Origin: the human T2T-CHM13v2.0 reference genome, Homo sapiens
Length of the DNA: 64,000 nucleotides
Assembly (NCBI RefSeq): GCF_009914755.1
Contig: NC_060940.1
Reading direction: 5' to 3' (one strand)
Notes under the pieces: generated by a model
Seen by the model: the letters and a program-made list of their open reading frames with translations, nothing else
Told to the model about the DNA's origin: nothing
Databases searched by the model: none
Part shown: piece after piece, positions 13,878-29,540 of the stretch
Position numbering within the stretch: position 1 is the stretch's first letter
Layout of the letters: each line of letters opens with the position of its first letter
Made by a program: the position numbers and the translations under genes

Positions 13878-14582
13878 TGACTCAGGAAGTAGTCTCTTCT
13901 GTTCCAGTTGGGTACATTGTTGTCCTCTAAATATTGATTTTACCACCATTTTCCTAAAGAAAGATTTTTGAGGGAATGTTTTGGTTCTGAGAGGAACTTT
14001 CTTTACTAGAGAATTTATATTAAAAGCCAGGATATAATTATTAGTTATCTCTACTATTTAATATTAAGGGTTATTGATCAAATCAGTTTTCTATTTAGAG
14101 GCTGGTTTTTCAACCTTGGACATCTATGGTTAAAAAAAGAATTAAAATCTATCAAACTTTTATTTGTTGTACTTCTGCCCATAGGTTTGAGTTTATTGTA
14201 TGTTCATATTATTTTATTTCCCCCAAATAAGCTTTTTTTTGAAAACGGATATATTCTGAGTTTTTTGTAATCAAATTAATTATCCAGATATGTTCATATT
14301 AGGAGAAAAGTGGCTAAGCATGTAAAATAGTTTTTAAAAAATTAAAACAAGTCATTTCATCAAAAGTTGTTGACATTAGGAAGATCTTTGCTATGTAGAT
14401 ATGTAATCCAAGAATTCATAGATCAGTTCACTGTTCTTTAACAATAATGTATTTATTTTACTTCTCAACATGTTGCTTTTAATTTCAGAAAAAATACATG
14501 AATCCCCATATTAAAATAAGATCTTTATTTTATTTAGTATTTTTCCTCCAGACCAACAGCTAAAATAATTTTGTTATTATAG

Positions 14583-14617
14583 GATACTGTGACCTGGACA
14601 TGGCAAGGATATACATT
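14583..14617 (+). CDS. LPCAT2: LPCAT2 exon 7, 35-nt small exon (DTVTWTWQGYT)
   Basis: ttatag|GAT acceptor, TT|gtaagt donor; frame matches flanking exons. Confidence 0.95.
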
Positions 14618-17383
14618 GTAAGTCACTTATGTCTATTATTAGTTTATATAAATTTTATTTTAGTGAAGAAAAAGAAAGATCATTTATTCATTCTTTAAAA
14701 AAGTATTATTTTAAAAATATTGTTATATTTAAAAACATAAAGATTTCTGATCAGAGCCCTAAGTCTTATAACTGATAAGTCTCTGTAGAGAGCATCACTA
14801 TCTTGACCACTAACCCCTGGAGTCTTCTGTGTGCAAAATTCTAGTCATCTGTCCCATTCAAATGGGTCTCAAATGTTTGCTAGTTCGTAAGTGACCTAGT
14901 TTGCATCATAGTTAGCTTTAATTTTGTAGTTTTATTTCCATTGCAGATTTGGCATTATCTAGTGTCTCTATCCTTACTTACTATGTTGGTTTAAGCCATT
15001 CAGAAAAATTTAGTCATATGGCCTGAAATAGCTATGATGTGTCTGATATGAGTTGAAAAAATAGCTAACCAAGATTTCAGTTCTGCTCTTGGATTTGAAA
15101 AGCATTGGAATCAGCAGTTTCTATAAGCACTTTACTTAAGAGAGAAGAGGAATACAGTTTCATTATTAAGCAAGCTGATGTGAAGTAGGCCTTTAAAAAG
15201 AACAGAACATGTAGAAACTTGGTTTCTCTCAAGATCGTTTGTTTAGTTCCCTCTGAATAAGTCTGAGCCTGTTTAAATTTTGGTGAGAGCCGTATGAAAT
15301 ACCTGAATTTGAAGACTTCCTTTAGGGTCTTACCCAGTTTTCATATTGTTAAGCACAAAGCTCAGATAACATTGTTGATGGGTAGGTGACAATAACTTGG
15401 AAATATTTAAGGAAATCATCAGTTGCCTTAAGCACATTGTAGGCTTTTTTAGATAACTTCAACGTAATCCAACCAACTTCTGAAATCAAAACTGCATAAT
15501 TTCTCCATTTTGTGTATATATACATTGCTTTGAAATAATAAATTTAAATCAGAATAGGTAACTGATGAGACAGTAGAATAAATATTAACACATATGAAAC
15601 ACTTATATTCTTGTTATGCTTCAGTCCTTGATAATTGAAGATACGCAAATAACGCCAAACATAAAGAACATAAATTGTAAAGGATATCTAAACAGCATAT
15701 TATCTTTCACTTACCAGGAAATCAATTTATTCATTTGACTAAAATACATGTTTCATGCCATTACTTATTTTGAATTCCTGATTGCTTTTAGACATGGAAG
15801 AATTGGGAGAAACAGGTAGTATGAAAGTATTTGGGAAAACGAAGTGCCTTAACAATGGATGCATAGCATACTTCCACTTTCTGAGGTGTGCCATCCTTTG
15901 GGCCTTTACAGGTTAAGTTCCTTACAGAGATAGTGATGTGGCCAATAGGACTTTTTTTGGTTGCCCAGCAGTCCAGGTTAATGTGATGATCAAATAGGAG
16001 AAAGCTTTTCTGGAAGAGGAACTGGGGATAGAAAATATAATAGACGGGTTTAGTTAATCTAGCCTTCTCAACTGAGAAGTATGTGAGAAGAGGAAAAGGA
16101 AATTAGGAGAAAGAATTCAGGAATGAAAGGGAGAAAAAATATTTTGAGAGTCAAAAATTTTTCAGGACTTTTAAACAAACACAAAATCTTTGAAAGGCAC
16201 AGCTTTGTTTTGTTCAATCTATTGCAAATCTCACGTCCACTTTTGTCTTCTCATCTACTTAATATTATTAGCACTGTGTCTGTTACTTCTAAATCTGTTT
16301 TCTCAATTGCCCTTGCTCAAAGTGCTACTCCAGTTACAGATTCTAAGAAACAGATTTTATACCAAAACGAATATCCCAAGGAAAAGGAGACTTGGAATAA
16401 ACTTAGAGAAGTTTTGTATCAGACTAAGAAGTATTTGGTCTGTCTGTAGGGTGGACAAGACAGGTTAAATGAGATTTTATGTGTGGTTTCATATTTTTCA
16501 CAGTATTCAGAATTTTCAGAATAGAATGCATCTATTCAAGTAATTGAATTCCACAGCTCCATTTAAATAATTAAAAACAACTTATGCTAGATAGTGTGGA
16601 TTGACTTTAGAGTTTATAGATAGTAAAAGATTTTTTTCTTTCAAATGGAAGATTTGTGAACTGACACATTAACAATTTATAATTAATTATGAAAGTGATA
16701 TATCTACTTTCTAAATTATTTCTTTTAACTAAATTCTTAAGCTCCTACATTCCTTAAATAAGTTCCCTCAGGTAATTTTTACAGATAAATTATGTTTTAA
16801 TTTCTTAACAGTGAAAAGAGATTGGTTGGTTCTTTTTTTAAATGTGTAGTTTAATCCATTCTGCCTGGTTTCTGGGTCAATTGTCTAATGAGACTAAACT
16901 AAAAATCCAGTAGAAGTCTTATCCAGAGAGTCTAAATATGTACTGGAAAGCTATAAGTAGGAACAACTATTTCAAACATTATCTTTTAGAGGGTTGCTTA
17001 ACCACTTTAAAGACAGCATTTGCCTGCCTTTACAATGAAATTTGAAGCTTTTCAGATTTCCTCATAACTAAAACATTTATTAATAACTGGGACAATTTTG
17101 ATAAAGCTTCCACTTTTAAGGAAAGGCCCATTGATTTTTTTTAATGTCAAAAAACAGTTCAGAAATGTAATGATCTACCTAGGAGTTTTATAAACACATT
17201 TACATACCTTAAAATGTGGCCTTGGGTAGTTTCTCTAGAGACTTGGGCCTTTGAGTCTGTGTTGTCAAGGAAACTTCAAATTTGTGGTTTAGTCTGTTGA
17301 GCTGAGGCTCTGACTGAAATACATATTTGGTATTCATTTGATGATTTAACTTTTGAATAATAATTGTCAAGAATACTTGTCTA

Positions 17384-17713
<330 letters not shown>

Positions 17714-17717
17714 TCAG

Positions 17718-17772
17718 CATTCAGCTTTGTATGCTTACTTTCTGCCAGCTCTTCACAAAGGTAGAAGTTGAG
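17718..17772 (+). CDS. LPCAT2: LPCAT2 exon 8 (FIQLCMLTFCQLFTKVEVE)
   Basis: strong pyrimidine tract + cag|C acceptor, GAG|gtaagt donor, 55 nt. Confidence 0.96.
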
Positions 17773-20700
17773 GTAAGTCATTCAAAATGTGGCCTTGGAA
17801 CTTGAGATTTGGCCTTTCCTTTAATTTTGAACCTCTAGTCTAGAGAGACCAGATATAAAGGTCCATCACCAGGTGTTTTACAAATTGTGTATATAAACCT
17901 AGGCTGTCAGATTTAGCCCTTGAAATCATGTTAGAAAACACCTCTAGATTCTGGGAACTTGAAACATGTAACCACCCTGGCTGGCCAGAGGGGCATCACC
18001 TTGCTCTCATCTTTTTACTCCTTTAATGCTGACCTCTGCCAAATTGAATGATGTATTTTCACATCCTGACAAAAGGAACTGACCATAGCTGATAGAGCCC
18101 CACACCTCCTTAAAGAAAATGTTTTGTGAAAGCTAAGAGATGCTACTTGGGGTCTAGGGGAGAGACATAGAGGTCAGAAGCCTTCACTGTGAAATCACCC
18201 TGCACATGAAAAGCCCAAGGAAATTCTATCTGGGAGGCAGCACATATCATCATCCACAGGACAGTCTTTTGGTTTGAATTACAGTGGCAGGTAGTGAGAG
18301 AGGAGTTATTACAACATTCTGAAAATTTTGACCAGGTTTTTAAGGCTCTAAAGGTTGGTTCTAGAGCTGTTCTTAGTTTCTAGATATGATGTAGAGTAGA
18401 ACCCTGAATTCAGCATCCAGTCGGTTTTAGCAGTACCCTCAGGTAGTCTCCGAAGAGAGATGGTTTGATAATGGGTCTCCTAGATTTTCTAATTGCATCC
18501 ATGGATTGTGTAACGAAAACCTTAAGTTTGCCTGTGTCATGCAGAGTTCTGAGTGGGGTCTAGTGCCTAAGTGACAGGACTGTGGAATTTAATTCACAAG
18601 AATACTATTTTGCTTTGCTAGATAGCTTAGTGATTTGGCCATTTAGAGACTGTCAGTAATACCAAATGATTTAGGAGGGCAAATTACATTTCAGAATGAG
18701 TTTTGTGAAATTTTCTTGAGATTTGCATGTTTTCTGCCTGTCTTGAAAATATCTGTTTATTAATTATATTTCATACACCCCCACTTTTAAAACCAGTTCA
18801 GTTATCTCTCACTGTGGCCAAAAAAAAAAAAAAAAAAAAAAGAAAACCCACACTTGTTCTTGGGTTTTTCTTAGAGGTTCCTGGGGAACAAAAACTAATT
18901 TAATAACATTTGGAAGTATCAAGGGAAACAAAATGAATTTTTTTTTTCTCAAGACTACTCAGTGCCTTTGAAATGTCTGACTTACAGAACCTTTTTCTCT
19001 AGATATCTCCCGGAACCAGTGTTCTATAGAATACACTTCAGGAAGCCTTATATCATAATATTTCTAAATACTCTGAGCACTGCTCTTGCTTCTTTAATAG
19101 CTGCTCAGGTAGTCTAGGCCTGTTTCACTTTTCTAAAAAAACAAGAAAACTCATACTTTAAAAAAGCCATGCTATCTTCTCTGCAAGATATTGTCTCTTC
19201 CTCTCAATGTACCCCTCTGTAGCTAAAACAAGATCTAGCAACACATGTAGAAATGTATACAAAGCTGTCTTTTTTGCCATAGCATGTCAGTGGTCAAACT
19301 GCATTACAACAGAGGTATTCAGATTCCTCTTTTTTTTTTTGTCATGACCATTATTACCACATTTCCTTTCTGTGTCATGGCTTTCTTTTTTTTTTCTGTC
19401 TTTTTTTTTTTTAATTACGATATTTGCATTCTCCAGCCAGTTCTGAGACCTGTTTGGATCATATTTTTCTGGCAAAGAAAACAATGTATTCTTTGTTCCA
19501 TAACTTCACAAATAAAATGACTTTCAGCTGCTTGAAAATAGCCGCATCGACAGAGATTTGATGAATTAGAATCGTAGTGCAGAACAAGAGGATGGGAATT
19601 TGTGGACTTCAAATTTAGTACAAATATTCTTATTTTAATTATGTTTACTTTAAATTTATGACTCCCCCTTTCACCCAGGTGACTCCTAAATACTTTATGA
19701 TATTTTAATATTTTAATACTCACTGTTGGATTTAACTGAAAATGTATCCCAGCAGCCCTTCAGGCACTAAGTATACCACACCCTGGCTTGAAGCTCTGTA
19801 AGAGCTGGGCCATCTCTGAGGCTCCAGCTTTTCCACTACGTCTGCTGAGGCCCAGCTTGAGATTGGTTTGTGGTCTCAGTACATTTAGTTGCTCCAGTTT
19901 CAATTGTCTTGGTTGTTCTCAAGTAACCCCCTTTTTTCTTTTTTTTTAAATTGATGGAAATCCTTGTTACTATCTTATTTTAAACATGTTTTTAGAACTT
20001 CTTGAATATTAGGTAAACCTAATTCAAGATATATTATTCAAGAATATGGTATTAATTTTATGGTTTTTCAAATGAACTTTGAATGAATTATCAAAGTGCC
20101 GTTTTAGACAGTCTTGCTTTTGTGAGTCACATGACACCCCATTATGTTGGCTGCCATATCCTTTAGTTTCACAAGTCTCCCCTCAGTAATCATGACTACC
20201 AAAGTCTTTAATTACCAAAATCATTAGATATCTAAGATATAATGAGTCTAATATTTAGGAATATTTTCTTACCACCTCTTCCCAGCCCTCTCTGCTTCCC
20301 AACATAGAGACATACAGTATTTTTGAAAAGGTTATTATTTTCTCGACTCTTGGATCTTAAAAATATAGTTAGTTCTAAACCTCATGTCCTGTGTAATTGT
20401 TCTTCTGGCATCCTTGAACAATGATGAAGTTGTCTGTCTACAGAATGGTTCTACTAAAAGTTATTCTTTGAATTCTAATGTGGCATAATGGGTGTTCTTA
20501 AAGTATCTTTTAGTCATACTTTTATTAACCAGCTGTTTCACAAGTATCCCTTTATAAGGATATGGCTTAGGGCATAGGGAATGAAATAGCTAGTAGGAAA
20601 CATTACAAAATGTGACATGAATTAAGAGTCTGTTAGTTTATCTCATGAGAGAGAATACATGCTATGTCACACTATAAAGCACTAAGTGGGCCGCAGCTAG

Positions 20701-20855
20701 TTTATGAATGGAAACAAGCCATTTACACTGACTGTGCAGTCAGTTTCCTTCATAGGCTATATCTCAGTTTGCATTAAAAGCGTGTTGACTTTAGAAGCCA
20801 TTTAGTATATATTATAGATAAATAAAAATTGTCTGTAGTGGGCATATTAGATATA

Positions 20856-21313
20856 TAATAAGTCCCCCCTTATCTGTAGGGGATATGTTCCAAGACCCCC
20901 AGTGAATGCCTGAAACTGCAAGAAATACCAAACCCTATATATACTAACTTTTGTCCTAAACACACATACCTCTGATAAAATGTATTTTATAAAATAGGCA
21001 CAATAAGAGATTAACAGTGACAACTAATAATAAAATAGAACAGTTGTAGCAATATAGATAAGAGTTGAATGTGAATGTGGTCTCTCTCTCTCTGTCAACA
21101 TCTCATTGTACTATATTCATCCCTCTTCTCCTTGTGATGAAGAAAGAATAGAGAAGGATAGCATGAAATGTTATCACCCTACTCAGAATGGCATGCAATT
21201 TAAACTTATGAATTGTTTATTTCCAGAATTTTTCATGTAATGTGTTTGGACCATGGTTGACTGTTGGTAACTGAAACCATGGAAAGCAAAATCCCAGATA
21301 AGGGAGACTATTG
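20856..21313. mobile_element. Tigger3-family (MER7/MER8-like) non-autonomous DNA transposon
   Basis: Inverted ends agtccccccttatctg / cagataagggagact; internal gttccaagacccccagtgaatgcctgaaac. Confidence 0.88.
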
Positions 21314-21656
21314 TGTTTTCTTTAGGAAAATTCCTTTAAAAGCTTATAGTGAGCTTATAGTGGCTAGCATTAGGCCTAAAATACTCTGTTGTGGGCTTTT
21401 CATTTCCTTAAAGTAATAGAAAGGTTTGTTTTTTTAATTTAAAAAGAATTTCTGATTTAGGGAAAGATTGCAATTAATAATGAGTATTATGATCAACAGC
21501 TACATGTACATATCACTTTTAAGATCTTTAGAGAGCTAATTACTTAGGGAAGATTCAAAGACATTTATATAGTTTATTTAAGTATCCAAATGCACTACAA
21601 TTATTTGTAGTTTTTAATCTAAAATGAGCCTTTTAGAAAACCTCAATCATACAACT

Positions 21657-21674
21657 ACACACACACACACACAC
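21657..21674. repeat. (AC)9 microsatellite
   Basis: Direct reading. Confidence 0.9.
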
Positions 21675-21769
21675 CCTACATATATACTTGTTCTAACAAA
21701 GCTAATTTCTTCTGGAACTTGGTAAAATTCTGGAATTTGTGAATACTAATAGAGAAATAAAAAGGGTAT

Positions 21770-21955
21770 TAACTAGAGTTTTTGTTCTAATCCTGTTACT
21801 ACCTACCTGTATGTACTTGAGAAAATTAAACCTTTCTAAGCCTGCATTCTCACTGACAAAAATGGGGATAATGACAGAAAATTTATAGAGTTTTGAGGAG
21901 TAATAAAGTTACTTATGTGCTGGCACATAGTAAGTGTTCAATAAGCACTAACTTT
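21770..21955 (+). mobile_element. MIR SINE
   Basis: aaaatggggataatgaca ... ctggcacatagtaagtgttcaataa. Confidence 0.75.
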
Positions 21956-23859
21956 TACTTTCTGTCTCATCTAGATGTTTCTGTTCTTTTGGGAAGGAAG
22001 CAGCAAGCATTGTTTAAAAATATCTTCCTTCTTTTGCATTTTTTCTCTTCGAAGATTTAAAAGAAGAATTACACAAAGAACTAGAACTGCACATTTGTTA
22101 AGATTGTCCTTTTAAAATTATTTTCTGTTACAAGGAAAAAATAAAAGATTGATTATAGTGTCATAATTCTTCAATCTTCCTCATCATTTTTTTAGTAGAA
22201 AGGAATGTGCTTGATGTAGTCAAGAAAAAATGAATAAACTAGCTTTAGTGATACTGAGAATCTATGTAAGTGACTGGCTTTGGTTGATGGATGTCTTAAA
22301 TAGTAGGCTGAAGAATTTTATATATTGCTTGTATGCTAAGGACCAAGAGGAAGTGGGGGACTCTGGGACCAAAAGCACAAATGAGATGTTAACCTGAGAA
22401 ACATGTCGCTTAGTCTCCTCCTCATCTGGGACAGGATGGTGCAAAGTTAAGTATGGGGAAGGTACAGAGAATACTGTATTTGAAAGGAGAGGGGAGTGGA
22501 GCTGTGAAGCCAATTTCAGGTGCAATAGAAGGGAATACATTCACATAAGCTGTCTTCTTTATAAAGTTGAAAGTGAAGTACCATTTGTACCTCACAAGAG
22601 TGAGGTAAAAGTGGAATTGCAACTTGAAAAGCATGGAACATATGTAACATTTTTAGCATCTCTCAGTGGTCCCTAACAGGAATATGAAGGCAAGATCAGG
22701 AGAGGTGGCTGAGGATGTGTGATTGGCACTGTGGGCATGGCAGAAGTGAAAGATTCTAAGTAACAGGTCATACAGAAGTATCCGACTCCCAAGTCCAGTG
22801 TAGATAGTCAGGGAGATGTTGCCAGAGGGAGTGGATAAAGAGGGATGATTGATCCAGATGTGACCATTAGGTTGTCATGGTCTATGCAAGACCAGATTAG
22901 GGAAGAAATAAACACTAATGGATAATGAGGGGAAACTGAAGAACTTAGCAGAGATTAGAGTCATAAGTTTGTTTCCATGGCTGAGGTAGAGTCTAGAAGA
23001 ATATCTGTGGCAAGATGTCAAGTGAGTCATCAATGTGAGTAATGAGGATACTGAGAGAAGATGAAGTTAGAAAGGAAAACTTGGGGGCTTGAAGTCATTG
23101 GGGTATATAGATGTCTGTTGGGAACCATAAAAGATAGTGGCAATCATGTTCACCTCTCTTTGATTGATTTTCCTTTCCAAATAAAGGATACATTCATACT
23201 GTGAGCCTTGAATGACTGTACAAAATGGAAATGTGATATAGAGGGCAAGGTCTTATTCTAGGAGAGGTGACTTTTTATTAGAATTTCCATTGAATTGCTT
23301 CTTAGGAGGAATGGGGCCTCCAAGGCCCATGGGTGTCAAATTTAGGATTTTAATTATTTTGTACTCTCAGTGGAACTTTATTCCTTAAGAATAAGATGTC
23401 ACGCCAATATGAGAGTTATTAAAAATCATTTTATGAAAAATACTACCTGCACTAATATAAAACCAAACCTGTATTTCATTGTATTATGTTTGGTTAACAG
23501 TGTAGCAGCAATTTATTTTTCAAGGTTTTCAGTATGACCTTTTATGACCTAAATCAAGTGTATTACAAATGGTTGTTTGACTTTTTTAAAAAATGAAGAA
23601 TTATATGGCAATTAAAAACTTTAATTTCTTACACTGTTTTGTTAGAGATTTTATGAACATTAATTTCAACTTACTGTTTTTTTCTTGGATTTTATACTAA
23701 GCAAATACAAGAAATTTTACTAGATCAGGATGCAGGGAATTTTTAGAAATATTTCTTTGCCAAGATAGTTATTCTAGATATATAAGGATGTGGGGACCTC
23801 TGGTGGCTTAGTTTATTTTTCTATCTTAAAAAACAACTATGCAAAATAGAGAGCCACAC

Positions 23860-25200
23860 ACAGAATTCCAATGGGAAGGACTTCAGAGATCGTTTAGTTA
23901 AATTTTTTCATTTGACAGGAGAGGGCACTGAGGCTCATAAAGGCTAAATGACTTTTCCAGGATCACACGGCAGATCTCAAGCAGCAACCCAGTCCAAGAA
24001 CACTTTCTGCAGCTTGCAGCTGCCCCCTTAGAGAGGAAATAATCAGATAAATGTGAAAAGTAAATATCCTGTAGCACATTATTCTATAATTCCATACATT
24101 TTATCTTAAAAAGGCAACTTGCATCCATGCCATCCTCCACATCCTCACTCCCTCTACTCAAGGTCTTATTATCTCTCCCATGATTGCAGCTGCTTCCAGA
24201 CATTCTCCCTGCTCTTAGTCTCTTCTTTGGTGCATACACTCCTTACCGCTGAAGTTACCACTTAAAAACTTGGACCTGGTCATGTCATTCCCTTGCTTAA
24301 ATGTCACCTCTGAGATACCAATGCTTACAGTTTTCTTAATATGATTGACAAGACTTGAAAACAGGTCCATTTGGAAAAAAAATGGTATTTTTAACTACTT
24401 CTAGTTGCATTCTTTATTTATCAAATGGAAGTGGTAAGATTTACCTCAAGGAATTGTTTAGAGAGTTAATCATATAAAGCCCCTAATATAAAATACCCAG
24501 CACACAGTAGATGTTTAATGGATGGTAACTCTTATTGGTGGATTTAGCTCACTGTTTCATAAATTTCTACCCTACTGAATGGAGAGCTTCTTGAGGGCAG
24601 GGACTTTGCTGTCATGTTTGTAGGGCTTAGTGCAGTGCCTGAGCATCTACTATGGGGGAAAAATTAATGAAATAAAATAACGTATGTAAAACACCTAGCA
24701 TGATGCCTGGTTTGTAGTTATAATTCAATAAACAGTAACTATTGGCAAAATCTCACTTATTCTTAAAAAGCCAACATCAAGTATTAGTTCTTCTATAGAG
24801 CACCCTTAACAGAATTAGCTTTCCTGTGTGCACTCTCTCCCTAGGCACCACCTTCCTCTTTGGCTGCATTTCCCTGGCCCCTGACAAAATTAATCCTTTC
24901 CTACCTCTTGCTCTCATACTCCAGGAAGGATGGTTAGTGGAGAAAATAAGGGTTTTTTTTGAATCTGACAAATCTTGGGCTGAATTCTGGCCATGTGACT
25001 TGCATGCCTTTAGGTAAGTTAATTAAGCTATTGAGCCCCATCTATAATTGGGGGTAATAAGGGTAATGACACTTAGCATATGGGGTTATTAATGTGTTGT
25101 TCTATACTATTAAAATATTGATCTTCTTTAGAGCAGGAAATAGGGTCCTATTAATCTTGCCTGGTATATAGTAGGTGCTGAAAAATACGTAATAACTTGA
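23860..25200. mobile_element. Cluster of interleaved MIR and L2 fragments
   Basis: MIR cores on both strands (cactgaggctc, gcctttaggtaagttaattaa) and L2 3' ends (gagcttcttgagggcagggact); boundaries approximate. Confidence 0.65.
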
Positions 25201-25872
25201 ATATGGCACTAAAACCTTGTTAATGTCAGGAAACCATAAATAAAAACAAGAACAATACAATTGAGGCATCACAGAACATCAAGTGGAGAAAAAGTAGAAT
25301 TAAAAATGCTAAAGCAAAAAATGGTGTTAAGCAAAAAAGCTGTAAAGCCAATACTAAGAGTTTTTTTAAAAAGCAGAATAAATGACAAAACATAAAGTTC
25401 AAACAAATAGTAAAAATATGGTTGACATTAGAATGGATAGAGAAGATGAAAGGCAAAGAGAAAAGAAAAAAAAGTTTTCACATAAAGGGATGGGAGTTTC
25501 ACATAAAGGGATGAGAGTGGTAGAAAATGCAGCTCGAGGAGAAAGATCTTAGTAGCTACAGCTTTACACTTCCAGAATTCCAGACACTGACTTGTTTCAC
25601 CCTCACAATCACCAGGGAAGTAGTGATCTTAGCCCTCTTTTTAGAGTTGAAATGGTTCATCAAAGTTAAATGACATACTAGTTAACACACAAGCAGACCC
25701 AGGGCTTAGAAACAGATCTCCTGAGTACAAGCCCAGTGCCCCATTACCTCATATAACCTATGTTCTAGAAAGGTAGATGATTCAATATATTGATAATGTA
25801 TAAATTAATTTACTTGGCATTTAATGTCTTAGGCTTAAGACATTGTTATGGAAAGGTATATTTGTCTTTCAG

Positions 25873-25955
25873 TTTATGCCAGTTCAAGTACCAAATGATG
25901 AAGAAAAAAATGATCCTGTCCTTTTTGCCAATAAAGTCCGGAATTTAATGGCAGA
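25873..25955 (+). CDS. LPCAT2: LPCAT2 exon 9 (FMPVQVPNDEEKNDPVLFANKVRNLMA)
   Basis: tttcag|TTT acceptor, GA|gtaagt donor, 83 nt. Confidence 0.96.
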
Positions 25956-27004
25956 GTAAGTGTCTATATTTGATTATAACTCATAAATAATTTGAAAATT
26001 ATTTGTGCATGTCGTTTAACTCATTTTAAGGATTTTTTTTTGACCCCTGAAGGCCTCGTTCCCCAATTCATTTTGATACGTAAAATAATGTGCCCAGGGA
26101 TGAGGTCAGTATAACAATCTATAAATATTTTCCCCAGCTGCATACCACAAATAAGGAAATATATCTTTACCAGAAAGACTGGAGAGGATACAATAACCAG
26201 AAAAGACCAGTTAGTGCCTTGCACAGGGTGGATTCTCCTAAGCTGGCCCGCCACTGTCAGATGAGCCTTGTGATGATCTCAGTGGTTCCTGCCGTGGCCC
26301 ACCTTCTATCCCTTCGACTATAGCACCAAAAAAGAGAAAGTTTGCAATGCAAAAAGAGATGCATAGAAGAGGGAAAAAGTCACCTCTTCATGGATGGCTA
26401 TAAAATAGGATTTAGAAACTATAAAACATAAGGTTAATATTTTCCTGCACATAAGGGAGTTCTAACTGGCCATTATTCTGACTAGATAAATCACCCCCTA
26501 TCTTGTAATGAAAGAATGTATTATACTATACCACCACCCAGGTAGCCTCAGAGCCCTCCAGGTGTGCATCCTCTTCCCACACACCACCTCTGTCATTCCC
26601 AGTAGTAGGTTTGGAGCTAATAGACCAGCAGTGTTTATTGTCTTAGTAAAAATTCAATGAGAACTCTGAATTTAGCTTCATAGCTGAATTTAGCTTTATA
26701 GCCAGATTTCATATATATATAGCCAGCCATGTATATGTGTATATGTATGTGTCTCTATAAGTATATGTTTTATTCTAATATATGTATCTTAATATTTTTC
26801 TGCAGAATAACTATTTTCAAAATAGAATAAATGTTTGGCAAAAAATTTGCTATTAAGTGTATATAGATGTGCTTGTTTTATCTAGTTTCTAGATCAGCTA
26901 CAAAGTTAGTTTTTATGTTTTCTTCTCTTCCTTTCTTATGTTTTCATGCCAGCTTATATCCAAAAGGTAGAAAGCAAGATAATTATTAGAAATTGAGAGA
27001 ACTG

Positions 27005-27304
27005 GGCTGGGCGCGGTGACTCACACCTGTAATCCCAGCACTTTGGGAGGCCGAGGTGGGTGGATCACAAGGTCAGGAGTTCGAGACCAGCCTGGCCAAC
27101 ATGGTGAAACCCCGTCTCTATTAAAAATACAAAAATTAGCCAGGCATTATGGCAAGCGCCTGTAATCCCAGCTACTCAGGAGGCTGAGGCAGGAGAATTG
27201 CTGGAACCTGGGAGGCAGAGGTTGCAGTCAGCCAAGTTTTCATGCCACTGCACTCCAGCCTGGGCGACGAGTGAAACTCCGTCTCAAAAAAGAAAAAAAA
27301 AAAA
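27005..27304 (+). mobile_element. AluS (Sg-like), full length with 14-bp TSD
   Basis: TSD aaattgagagaact at 26990 and 27302. Confidence 0.97.
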
Positions 27305-27429
27305 TTGAGAGAACTTATATCAGATATTTTGGCTTCCCAAATTGTGCTTAGAAACAAGAGAAGGGATTTGTTTAGACAGCCTTTTTCTGAATTCAAAGGT
27401 GCGGAGGTAATAATGACTTGTGATAAAAA

Positions 27430-27790
27430 GTAAGAAAAACCTTGATTAGCTGCACAACTTTGGACAAGTCTCCTCCAAATCCCCTTCTCCTCACATGTGA
27501 AATGGGAGTTAAAATCATTGCCTTGCCTTTCTCATGGTTTTGATTATTAGGAGACTCAAGTAGGAAAGTATATGATAAAAGCATTGGAAAACACAAGTAC
27601 TGTGGTAGGCCCTCAACTTAAGTTATTTAACATTATCTTTACATCAACTCTATGATATAAGTAAGAAAGCTGACTTGGGGAGGTGAGTAGTTTGCCCAAA
27701 GTCACACTAGGTAGTGACTGTCTGGGCTGGAACTCAAATCCACATTTCCTGTTACCAAAGCCCAAGCTGTTAACTATTATACTGTACTAT
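27430..27790. mobile_element. Two adjacent MIRs in opposite orientation
   Basis: ttctcctcacatgtgaaatggga (+) then tttgcccaaagtcacac...ggaactcaaatcc (-). Confidence 0.65.
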
Positions 27791-27826
27791 TTATTGTTAT
27801 AAGTCCCAAAATATTTTAAAATTTAA

Positions 27827-28236
<410 letters not shown>

Positions 28237-28616
28237 TCAAAATTTAATGTTTCTAGCAATGATTCAACAAAATCCAGTACAGCTTAAAGACATAATTTTA
28301 TGGTTTTCACTGAATATTTGTGAATAAAAATTTAGTGAAGAGGAATGTTTATCTCATGTACTGCACCTTTTTTTTTGGTATTCGGTGTTTTTCCAGTTCT
28401 TATAAATATGTATTTTTTTCAAATCTAATTCACTATCATTTAATTTGTGAGTAGTGAAGTAGGAACTAGGAGTTATACTTTCCCTTAAGGATGGAGGATG
28501 TTTAGGTTTAGAAGAAATATCTTTTGCTTCAGTATTTTTGGAAGATTGCTATGTAGCAAGAAGGTGATCTCTAGCTATAAAAGATGAAAAACATAGACAG
28601 CTAGTAATTTGGATAG

Positions 28617-28951
<335 letters not shown>

Positions 28952-29414
28952 CCATTTATCTGTTTAAACAGTACCCTCCACAGGCATTCTTTTTTTGTCC
29001 TTACTATAACCATTTGGAATAAGGATAGTATTCACTCCTATGTACAGATGAGAAAAGTGAGGCTTCATCCACAGCTGGTGAAAAACTCCACTAGGACTTG
29101 AACCTAAGTCTTCTAATTACTTTCCATGAGACTGAAGGCAACTATTATTATTATTATAGTTAAAACACAAAGCAAATATTATCAGCTACACATACAGAAG
29201 CATGTAGATATAAGGAGATTAACTTGATCCTTAGTAAGTCTGTGAAGAAATGGAGAAACATGTCTCTTTGTCAAGAAAAGCGAGAGTTACTGGTTTAAAA
29301 AGTAGTAAATACTTTTTCATTTGCTGTCGTTTGGAACCAGTTAAAGCCTAGTGAAATATGATTACTTTTTTTTTAAAAAAAAATGAATTTTAGTTTGCTT
29401 CTTAATACTTTTAG

Positions 29415-29540
29415 AGCTCTGGGAATACCAGTAACAGATCATACCTATGAAGACTGCAGATTGATGATTTCAGCAGGACAGCTAACATTGCCTATGGAAG
29501 CTGGGCTGGTGGAATTTACTAAAATTAGCCGAAAATTGAA
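29415..29540 (+). CDS. LPCAT2: LPCAT2 exon 10 (ALGIPVTDHTYEDCRLMISAGQLTLPMEAGLVEFTKISRKL)
   Basis: ttttag|A acceptor, AA|gtaagt donor, 126 nt. Confidence 0.97.

Noticed and set aside
17981-17996. CTCF-like tggccagaggggca
   Set aside because: Mismatches at several core positions in either register.
26268-26340. Box C-like GTGATGA suggesting an intronic snoRNA
   Set aside because: No box D CTGA or terminal stem at a suitable distance.
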